Source of the DNA: Pavona decussata | Lineage: Eukaryota | DNA length: 64,000 nucleotides | Direction: 5' to 3' | NCBI GenBank assembly: GCA_977016875.1 | Contig: CDRNST010000339.1 | Span: forward strand, 186,001-250,000 | Shown here: positions 39,802 to 49,145 of the stretch, piece by piece | Layout of the letters: each line of letters starts with the position of its first letter | Position numbering within the stretch: the first letter of the stretch is position 1 | Program-made: the position numbers and the translations under genes | The notes under the pieces: model-generated | Databases searched by the model: none | Told to the model about the DNA's origin: nothing | Seen by the model: the letters and a program-made list of their open reading frames with translations, nothing else

Positions 39802-42800
39802 ACAGAACAAATGAAACAATAATTAACATTAAGTAGCTTTGAGGAACTAGCTAATAGCAATTGAGAAAGTTTGAGAAGTCCTCTGTCCAGTGATTCTAAG
39901 CAGGGGGAAAGGAGTCCTGTTAGAGTTCACGAAATGAAATTATTGAGGGGAAACAAATAGAGATCAAACTCTTGGGTGGGATGGGTGGGAACGAAAGCGA
40001 ACGCTACTGCTTCGAGAATCGTTTTGCCTTGTTGCTTGAGTTGAAGCAAAAGACCACGAGCACATGGAGCATGCGCACGATACGGTAACATGGCGTCATT
40101 TGATTGGATAGTTTGGTGTCACGGAGGCTCAAATGGTTCTCACGTGCGGTCACGCGACAATCACTGGACAAAGTTCAAAGCTCAAACAAGAGTTGTTGAT
40201 TAACTAAAATTTATTTCCGATGTTCAATAAATTGTGATTTAATCAACTTCCTCGTGTTTGGTAAAGATCCCATAATTAATTACATAGTGACACAACAAAA
40301 AACAACAACTCGGTGTGGCTGAAAATGGGGAAGTGGGTGACGAAGTGCTCTACTAAGAAGTCAGCCCCGTGTACTCCTGGAGTATCGCGCTAAGAAAACT
40401 TACGGCCCAGGGTGGTGCACAGAAGGTATGGAGGAGGGAGTAGGGCCTCCTCCCAGGGCCAACTGTGACCATTCCTGGGTAGAGAGGAGGGAGTTGGGCC
40501 TCCTCTCTGATTGGAGGGAGTTGGGCCTCCAGTCTAACCTAAATCCAAGGAGTACATAATGGAGGGAGTTGGGCCTCAATAATTTCGAGTCTATGGGGGC
40601 AAAAGTGTGACAAGAGGAGCACTTCATCCCCACAAAATGCAAAGCATTCCCCCATTGACGAGCCACAGAAAATACCAGTAAAAACACTAAAAGCAAGTAA
40701 AAATTTACAATAGGTTCACTAATGTCTGAGGAACCTGTGCCAGAACTGAGGGTGGGGTTCTGATGTATCTCTCAAAGCAGTCGGAAGACCATCTACCCAA
40801 AACCTTAATTAACCATGGGGATAAATTTGCTGAAGCAGCCGCTGTTGCCGCACCTATCCGAAAACTATGCCCGGCGAATTCACTTGAGTCTAACCCTCCC
40901 CTAGAAAGTAAAAGCCTTGTTTCACTTGTGAGTTTTTCCCGAGTAAGGAATGATCCAGATACATAGGAAAAAAGGGGGCCTGTGGTGGGAAAGGGGGTCC
41001 TTGAGGCCAAGTATGCTTGCATAGCAAAAATAGGGCATAGGTTGGAGTTTGTCCTCCCAATTACTATGGTTTGCCCCTTTCTAAAGGGGTCTGTCTTTGA
41101 AACCTTTAACCGAACCAGCATATACTTGGGAGAAGAGTGAGGCATAAATGTTAAATCTGTTACCATCAAGTGAAGTTTGGGGTCAAAAATAGAATTACAT
41201 GTCAGTTCACTTATACGTAGGAAACCAAAAAAGGCAAGGGTCATTGCGGCCCAGACCATGAGAGAGTCTTTGTTGTCCGTATATTTGACATTGAGAAGGT
41301 GGTAGAATAAGTTTAGCAGTTGCAATGTGATTGGTCTGCGAACTTTAGAATGTGCCCCTTGGGAGCGTTTTATTCCCCGAAGAATTAGCTGCAGGCGAAG
41401 AAAACCGGCCATATGCAGCTCATAGCCATTACTGGAGTGGTAGTGTTTAATGGCGGATAGATAATTCTTGATAGTACTATGTTGGACTGTACGGGCCATG
41501 TAGACCGAGAAGTTGATCAGAGTAGCCTCATCAATGGGAAGCTTGGGAGTAATTCTCATTTGTGAACAGAAGGCATAAAATTGTCGCACACCAGAACTGT
41601 ACGTTTTCTTAGAGTTCTGGGCAAGGGCCATCCCCAGGAAATACTGAGCTTCTCTACTTAGAGACTGTACACATGGGCTGGGATGGGGTCTGGAGACACA
41701 TTGGACTGAGGAGCTAGCTGGCGAAAACGCTCCATCAGAGAGGATTTAACGCTACTGCTTCGAGAATCGTTTTGCCTTGTTGCTTGAGTTGAAGCAAAAG
41801 ACCACGAGCACATGGAGCATGCGCACGATACGGTAACATGGCGTCATTTGATTGGATAGTTTGGTGTCACGGAGGCTCAAATGGTTCTCACGTGCGGTCA
41901 CGCGACAATCACTGGACAAAGTTCAAAGCTCAAACAAGAGTTGTTGATTAACTAAAATTTATTTCCGATGTTCAATAAATTGTGATTTAGCAGTGTTTTA
42001 TCATGGTGTCACCTATTGTACTGACAAAGTGTTTTTTTTTTCTTTTATATATGGATAATTTTTTATCATTCAAATGAGAAGTTTCTACTTGCTATTACAG
42101 ATAACGGTAGCTCTTACCCTTTAAGCTCCAATAATGATCAGCAACTAATTTCTCATTTATATTGTTATACAATATCGCTACATACAGAGCATGAAAATAA
42201 ACGGAATGATTCCAGAAGATATTTTCCCAACTAATACCATATAAGAAATAGATGCAGAGCAGTGGCAACATATAAATATAAAATAAAAGTCATAAGTCTT
42301 TTGGATAGACTCCTCCGGTGTGCCTATTCAAATGAAAGCTACAAAGTAGTACTTCTTACGGTGTCGTTAACTTATCCATATTTTATTAAAATGAAGTTTG
42401 TGGATTATTTTTTACCATTTCAGGTTTAAGCGCGGGTTCCAGTTTGGGGCTGAAAGAGTCTACAACTCCATTCACACCAACAAAAAAAGTTCAATTAAAC
42501 TAGGTTTAACCAAATGAAAATTGGCAACAGAAAGCTGAATCGTTGGCTTTGCCATACGATTCAAGTAAACTTTAACTTGTGCTTTCATTTGTGCTAGGTC
42601 TGTAGTCGACAAAAATCCGAAAGCAGCTTTTATGAAGGAAACAATTTTAAACTGTGTTTAACTAAACAGCTCAGTTTTAAACGTGTTTAGGCCTTGGTGT
42701 GAATGGGGCATTAGTCTGTAGAGGGATTAGGGGGTTGGTTTCTGAAAGAAATAATGCGGTAGTGCGCCGGTGGGGGGAGTTAAAATAGATGTTTGGTTTT

Positions 42801-45800
42801 ATCAACAGATTTGAAAACGGGTAATTTGGTCACTATAACGACGTCGCTCTGACGAAGGCCTAACGCTCGAAACGTCAGCACTCGAATCTCTTCACGGTGG
42901 CCAATTTACCTTATCAATTCCATTGGTAAAACGGATTACCTGTGTGTGGTGCCCGGGCCTTGCTTCATGTGCTCCAACTGAGATAGCATTGTACCTCGGT
43001 CCCATGTCCTTCAAATAGAACGGTAATCTGTAGTGCGAGGGCCTGGAGCAACTTTTACCGCTGGCCGAGTAACTCTGGGAACCAGTACCCGGGTTGAAGT
43101 TTGCGACGAGTAGGACTGGGCAGTTAGGAGTGCTTTGCTTGTTCCCAGTGTGGTGGAACATCTTAGTTGTCTTCGGTGCAAGGCTACTAAGGACCGCTAA
43201 AACAATGTAACAGCACTTGAGTAAGTCAGTTATCAAATCTCGATATAACACGATATGACTCAACTGCGCGCAGTCCGTTAAGGAGGCAAATTTTTTCTCA
43301 GTGCAACAGTGCCCTCGTTGACAGTGTGCTGCAATTTGCTAACATTTTCTCTGCAAATGATATGCATACGTTACAACGTATAAAAGGTAGACAACTAGTA
43401 CACTTAAAAGTCAAATGGCAATTTTCCTTTGCGAGACCAATTGCGAGGAGGGGGTGTTACACGCGCAAAATAATCCGCAAGAAACGGCGTTGCGTTGTCA
43501 ACAGGTTGTTGCGTTGCAAGGTACGGAAAACGTTGCTTCGTGTTATAGCACTTTTACTGTTGCAAGCTCTTGTTAATGGTAACATTTCATTGAAGAATTT
43601 TTTTTTTTTTTTACAATTTGATATGCTTAGGGCACAAGAGAAATAAGCGCCCTGTCTGTTAGCGCTCTTCCTTCGGCGCTAAATGTTCACAGTACCGTGG
43701 ACATGCCATTATAATCCTATACGTTGGTTTTTTAGACAGCCGAATTAGGGGACTTCTAGTGAACAGCTATTGCAAACTTACTGTTGACATAATCGAACCA
43801 GGTCAACATGGCTTTGTATCGCTTGGGGCAGTAAATCTTTGCCGTCTCCATGCTGGTGCACTTGGAGAATGCATCTTTGTTGCTCTCGTTTTCTGGAATT
43901 TTCTCGTCATTGAAAAACATGCTCTGATCTTCCAAATGCTTTTTAAAGTCTTCAACGGCTTCGCCCTCGTCCTGCTTGCCAGTGATTTTCTTAGCGATTT
44001 CCACGGCTCTTGGATAAAGCTGGTTCAGCATTTTTTCGCCCAGGTTATAGACTTCATCCGGAGTCATCTGATTGGTTGTGAAGTAAGGTAATATCATCTC
44101 GTAAGCTCTCTTCCCACTGAGTGGTTCCCCACTCGGCAGTTTTCCAGTTGTTTTTATTCCAGTGTTGATACCGTTCTTGTAAATGTAAGGCAAAGGAAGT
44201 GTAGCTAAACCACTGGATATATTACTGGGGACGCAGTACTGAGAGTGGTTGAACTCCAAGTAGTTCAATAAACTGTCCAGCGGTTTCCCCACATATTCAA
44301 CCAGGGCGTCATTTATGGAGGCTCGCACTGACTTTTTATGTTCCTTCTCCCACGCCTCTGAGGCGCTTTTCTCGAGGTCGGCCAGCCATTTTGGATCTTG
44401 CATCGCCTTTGTATAGGATTCATTTAAAACACCTATTGAAAAAGAAACAATGGAATGAGCGCATAACTGAGATTTAAAGAGAAACTTAAAAAATCAGTGT
44501 CACCTATTTTTAGTGTCACTATGAATTAAACGTATTTGTTTCAACGAAATCGTTAAAATGATGGTTGAGTTTTGTTAATAATAACTCTACTTGTACACAG
44601 AAACTACTGTTAATCATGTTTGGCTGTGGATGGCTAGGATGGAAGTGGATTGCAACTTGAAAAAATTGTCCGCCTTTTTTAAATTCTTCCTGTGTATTTT
44701 AGAGAAGTCGCGAAAAACTGATTATAGTTAGTTCTTCTAGGAGAAAAATCTTATTATTTTCTTCCCGGTGTTATAAGAGCAACTTCATGCTACAAACTAG
44801 GTTCTTTGTAAAATGATTGAGCAGTTGACCAAAATATAACCTGCAAAACAGGAGTTATTTATTTTTATCTTTTGCGTTTTTCGGTCGAGCGGAGGCAAGC
44901 GCGGAGCGCGAGTGCGACAGGAGGGGCTCAAAAATACAACAAAATGGACGTGACAATTTGATTCCAATTTCTGCGACCACCTGGGATCCCTTTTTGCTTC
45001 CCCCTCTGCCACGCCCCCCCCCCCCCCCCCCTTCCACTTCCTTAGTAAGGCCTGAAGGCCTGATACTCCCACATGTTTCCATGTGATCGAAGAATTCTTT
45101 GTTATCTGTCCACGAAATCCACCGTCCAATATTAATTCATGTTCACACGATCCCATTGTCCACACTCCATGACATTCCATTCTACCCTTCACCCCATTGC
45201 GCCGTCCACAAAATCCACCTGTCCCATAAACCATTCCAAAATTGTTCACTCCGGCCCATTCAGGAGGCATTTCCGGTCGAGAAGCACTTGCCGTTCCGGG
45301 GTCATTTGCGGTGTAGTACCAAAGAAGTATTTGGACCATATTCGTCCTCTATATCGAGCCATATATATGAAGACAGTATTTACAAAATAATTATCGAACC
45401 ACACTGCATGATGCCTTAGCTTGGTGCCTGGGGAATGCCAGCCGATGACAGCTGATCTACAGAGCTATTTGACCCTTAGCATAAAAACAATACTCGAAAA
45501 ACCAAATTGTTTTAAGAACTATTGCACAAGCCCAAGAGGTTTCTAATAGGAACATGTTAACTCAGTCAAAACAAAAACAAATAAAAGAAACGTTGGAATG
45601 AGCTTACCTTCTGGTCCACCTTGTGAAACCTTAAGATAGGTACGCTGAATGGAATACAATCCATCCTGACAGTCTTCTTCCGACCGAACAAATCCCGCTT
45701 TAACACCATATTTCACGTTCTCGATGTACTGCATCAACGAGTCGTTCAGCTTCTTTAGGTGGTCGATCACGAAGTTCACATCGTCCACGGTTTTTGGCCG

Positions 45801-46436
45801 TATGCCCCAACTTTCATAGGTGAAATGAGCTTTGACATCGCTGCCCACGTCACAAATCGGTTGCCAACAGAACTTGTTAGGGCCAAGCATCCAGTCGCCT
45901 GCATAGTAATTCTCATCGTACGGAGCTCCGAAGTTGCTTTGTAAAAAGTGTTTCGCCTGAGCAATGGCCTTGATCTCGCGTGGTTTGAGTTTGTCACTAT
46001 CCACGCGATTGTCGAGCTCATTTGCTTCGTTGTACAATCGACTGGCGGCATCGGTCCTGTCACGGATGGCGTAAGGGTGTGCGTTGTATGGACTGAAGTC
46101 TTGGCGAACGGATTCGGGCGTTGAATCGGGATCGTAAACTGCGTTATTCGGTCGCATCTTGTAGTAAGTTGACTTGACTTTTTTCAGAAAGTCATCTAAC
46201 CCGACGCGTTTAGCTTCATCTGAATAATCGCAGGGTTTCGATTGCACGATTTCCGAATTCTCTTTTGATCCTTCCTTGCCGCAGCTTCCACTTTCGGACA
46301 ACTTCGCCCCACCAACCGCAATAAGAATAATTCCTACAATGCAGAAGACTATGGCTGCAGCCAAAGCGATGTAAAAAAGCCTTTTAGACGGTGGTTTCAC
46401 CTCCCTTAAAACGTACTCTTTGTCCTGGAACTCCAT
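37017..46436 (-). CDS. DUF885-family protein with N-terminal transmembrane anchor (putative metallopeptidase-like ectoenzyme), 798 aa; exons 46436-45608, 44432-43782, 43196-42940, 38699-38465, 37441-37017
   Basis: Five GT-AG exons join in frame (829+651+257+235+425 = 2397 nt). Hydrophobic LFYIALAAAIVFCIVGIILIAVG near the N-terminus. DUF885 signature motifs HEARPGHHTQ, FTEGWALYAE, RALRLMMDTGLH and RYQSDPGQATAYMIG. Confidence 0.88.
37787..37828. repeat. poly(A) tract, ~42 nt, in intron 4 of DUF885 gene 1
   Basis: Homopolymer run. Confidence 0.9.
39133..39528 (-). repeat. Split direct repeat B2 (3' terminus of the element)
   Basis: Identical by eye to 40237-40632. Confidence 0.95.
40000..40632 (-). 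repeat. Internal B1-A2 repeat junction (circle-junction-like)
   Basis: A2 (40000-40241) overlaps B1 (40237-40632) by ATTTA. Confidence 0.93.
40705..41631 (-). CDS. Tyrosine recombinase (DIRS/Ngaro-type integrase), 308 aa
   Basis: Uninterrupted ORF with the catalytic set: FFGFLRISE (R), SKTD (K), GHSFRIGAAT (H-x-x-R), LGRW (W) and FERYIR (Y); N-terminal core-binding region with STIKNYLSAI. Confidence 0.93.
   Translation of the reverse strand: MALAQNSKKTYSSGVRQFYAFCSQMRITPKLPIDEATLINFSVYMARTVQHSTIKNYLSAIKHYHSSNGYELHMAGFLRLQLILRGIKRSQGAHSKVRRPITLQLLNLFYHLLNVKYTDNKDSLMVWAAMTLAFFGFLRISELTCNSIFDPKLHLMVTDLTFMPHSSPKYMLVRLKVSKTDPFRKGQTIVIGRTNSNLCPIFAMQAYLASRTPFPTTGPLFSYVSGSFLTREKLTSETRLLLSRGGLDSSEFAGHSFRIGAATAAASANLSPWLIKVLGRWSSDCFERYIRTPPSVLAQVPQTLVNLL
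41658..41735 (-). pseudogene. Remnant C-terminus of the RT/RNase H ORF of the YR element
   Basis: MERFRQLAPQSNVSPDPIPAHVYSL* resembles the ERFRxLAP...PxPIP tail of DIRS/Ngaro RNase H; it overlaps the open YR frame in a different phase. Confidence 0.65.
41748..41989 (-). repeat. Split direct repeat A1 (5' terminus; promoter-like)
   Basis: Identical by eye to 40000-40241; sense strand has CACGTG, CCAAT, CGCCATGTT (YY1-like) and TGCGCATG (NRF1-like). Confidence 0.9.
42465..42709. mobile_element. Small TIR element (PIF/Harbinger-like MITE)
   Basis: Inverted termini CCATTCACACCAA / TTGGTGTGAATGG about 240 bp apart; superfamily assignment tentative. Confidence 0.55.
42788..42940. mobile_element. 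Penelope-like element terminal-repeat remnant in inverted arrangement
   Basis: 42788-42840 aligns with the reverse complement of 42890-42940 (TTTTATCAAC..TTGA.AA..GGTAA.TTGG.CAC) and brackets a hammerhead motif. Confidence 0.6.
42846..42879 (+). ncRNA. Minimal type I hammerhead ribozyme motif (Penelope-type)
   Basis: GCT-CTGACGA-A-GGCC-TAAC-GCTC-GAAA-CG-TC-AGC: catalytic boxes, 3-bp stem I, palindromic ACGT stem III; stem II has a mismatch. Confidence 0.7.
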
Positions 46437-46778
46437 GTTTTTTAACCACGATGTAATCCGACCCTGATACTGAACTATGCATGCGTGACTCAATTTTTGT
46501 CCACGTCCAGGCCTTGCGCTTGTCACTTGAAAAGGGATAAATTTGTATTTAACCCTTCTGGCCTCGTTTAAGGTAAAATATTATTTTCATTTTTAACCGG
46601 TAAGAAGGGCTTACTTTCCGCGTAATTTGAATACGAACAAAATAATAATAAAATGGTAGCTATTTCGGAATACGCTCAATAGACAATTTAATATCCTTTT
46701 GTGTGCATTCAAATTAGCTCCTATATTAGCCCTATATTATTTATATTAGCCCCTATATTTTCCTTCAGTATAGCTCTC

Positions 46779-46817
46779 GCCCTGAGGAAGGCTAATTCTA
46801 TTAGTCGAAATATTGGC
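46779..46817 (+). ncRNA. Minimal type I hammerhead ribozyme motif (Penelope-type)
   Basis: GCC-CTGAGGA-A-GGCTAAT-TCT-ATTAGTC-GAAA-TA-TT-GGC: intact core, 7-bp stem II with one G-U pair, palindromic ATAT stem III, AATAAA just downstream. Confidence 0.75.
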
Positions 46818-48240
46818 CACAAATAAATCTGCCCTTTGCCGTAGTGCCAGCCTTGCATTCAGTTTTGTATTTTCACATTCAAGTGACGCCTGACACGAGG
46901 TCTTTCACAAGAGAGATCCGGCAAAATTACCAGCAAGTTTAATTCCTGCGTTGTGTGGACCTCTGCATTCAAAAGTTTTTCTTTTAGCCCTACTAGTACT
47001 AGCCTCGTTCCTCCGACATTTCTGAATAGGGTCTATGGGCGGAGGAAATGCTTTCTCCTCGACTCTTTTTCGGGTCTAAATATTTCGTGTGAATTTTCTT
47101 TGATTAGTTTACAACACCTTTCTCTACGTTCATTTCCCCAAAGCCAATTTACCTTAAGTTATCAACTCCGTTGACAAACCAAACATTCTTTTTATTGAGT
47201 TGCGCAACATGTCGCTCCTCCTACCCGTGGTTGCACCATGACCTTCCACATTAGTAACACATGTAGCTAATAGGCTACAATTGGAACTCGCAAGTAGCGA
47301 CGTTTAGTCAACGTTGGAATACACATGTGCACTATAATCACTCATGAAAGGAAGGGGCGCTAGTGCAATAACTTAAAAGAGAACCATAGCAATGCGGAAG
47401 TAAGAAGCGATTAGGGCGCGCGCGAAAACGAGGGGAGCGAGGAGAGGAGCGAGGAGAGGAGGGAAAGGGGGGAAGGGGCTTTACTTTCGCGCTCCGCGCT
47501 CTACCCACGCACTTCGCGCGTGGGTCAGATTGCTATTGCGTGCGTTCCCTTAACCCCTGAAACATGACAGCAGCCGAAAACACTTTGCATCCGCCGTTGA
47601 AGACTTTTTTCTGAGCTAGTACTGTAGGTTCTGTAGGTTTAATACTGGGAATTAAATTTGAAAGCTGAAGCATTTTAGACCCTACGAGACGCATGTTTGG
47701 AAGAATTTGGTATATGAAGGGATAAAACTGTCCAAGTCGGAAAATCCTGATGCCTGATACCCTGTCGATTCCTTCGAGAAAGACTTCAGCGTATTAAACT
47801 GGATCAGCGGAGCAGTGATTGGTCGATTACGCATCGTATGATACTGATTTCGGACCGTGTCCAAACACAACTTTACAGCGGTCACTCTTGACTAGATTCC
47901 AGTACATGTAGACGCAATTTCTTGGGACATTCGACAGTCAAAATTCTTCTTCGTAAGCTTCCCTTATACTGTCAATGTGTTTTCTTTAGTAGTGGCTGGA
48001 TAGAAAATATCACAAAGGAAAGCAACAGCGAGACCTAAACGGTGCCCGATACATGTATTTTTGTAGTTTAGACCTAGCTGGCGATAGAAGTAGCTGCAGA
48101 TGCGTTTGTAGTTCTCTGTAGATACCTATTAAGAGACTTGTTGCCGTGTCAGTTTTTGAAACTGAAGGTACGAAAAGTTGACTATTGTTTGGCGGTGCTT
48201 GGTAGGAATTTGGTGGAAATAAACGGAATTTATACATATA

Positions 48241-48804
48241 CCGTCGAACCTGTTCTAAGCGGTCGCCCTGGGGGAATGGCTAAGTGACAGCTTGCACAGA
48301 ATGCACGTCGAAGGTAGCCTCCCTCGCAGACCTCGCAGACCTTTTGGCTCGTCACGCAATCTTTCTTCCACATGACCTAACACGTGGAGGAAAGATTGCG
48401 TGACGAGTCAAAAGAGCGTCTGCGATGGAGGCCAAATAAAAGGGGTATTTTTAAATACTGTATAACATGTCAAAGGAGAACATGGTATAGAAACAGATTA
48501 ATAAAACATTAACGCTAAGATCCCATAGTCAGTATTGCAAGTCATTAGAAATTCAATTGCCTGGCATGCTATTTTGTTACCATAATTATTTGAATGGTTT
48601 CCTTTTATAAAGCGACCGTTTAAAACAGATCAATACCGATAGAAACTGCTCGCTGGGACTTAGAAAAGAGTGTCCGCGACTGCTTATTAAATAGAGGTGA
48701 CTGTTCAACAGAGGTCAGTAATTAAGGGAGGTAATTTTCGGGACTTTGACTGTTTGACAACTGACCACTCAATACCTTGCCGCTTAACACAGCAGGTTCG
48801 ACTG
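48241..48804. mobile_element. Degenerate pogo/Tc1-like MITE
   Basis: Termini CCGTCGAACCTGTTCTAAGCGG / CCGCTTAA...CAGGTTCGACTG flanked by TA (48239-48240, 48805-48806). Confidence 0.65.
48315..48434. mobile_element. Palindromic (foldback) mini-element nested in the MITE
   Basis: TAGCCTCC..CGCAGAC..TTTTGGCTCGTCACGCAATCTTTC pairs with GAAAGATTGCGTGACGAGTCAAAA..GTCTGCGATGGAGGCCA. Confidence 0.7.
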
Positions 48805-49145
48805 TAGTCAATATATGTAGTCAATAATCACTTTTAACTTTGATTTCTGGAGAAATAATGAAACGAGATCGTCGACTTCGGGGAATGAATCCTTTCAAAA
48901 TACCGGTATTTTTGAAGTGGCTAAAATCAGCCGATTTGTTGACAGTCCTATTAATAAACAGTGACTAGGGAATTTAGAATCGCACAGTGCAACCAATAAG
49001 AGATCAAAGCCACAGTTTACATCACAGTTTGACGCACATGTCAACAACCGGAGTAAAGAAGCCTGATAAGTGATATCTGTCACATGTACATGTACCGCTA
49101 GTCGGTGTTCCAGCGCTTACACAAGCTTACATTTGGGTCGACAAA

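Larger units (their letters stand above)
39133..41989 (-). mobile_element. Non-autonomous Ngaro/PAT-type tyrosine-recombinase retrotransposon with split direct repeats (A1-YR-B1-A2-spacer-B2)
   Basis: Repeat A (242 bp) at 41748-41989 and 40000-40241; repeat B (396 bp) at 40237-40632 and 39133-39528; copies look identical by eye; ATTTA core at both ends and at the B1/A2 junction; intact YR ORF inside. Confidence 0.9.

Noticed and set aside
40400-40696. 98-aa and 77-aa (39296-39529) ORFs with RPNSL repeats
   Set aside because: Incidental translation of the hairpin array in repeat B; no recognisable domain
44797-45419. 180-aa and 106-aa ORFs in DUF885-1 intron 1
   Set aside because: They run through a poly-C tract and repeat fragments; no recognisable domain
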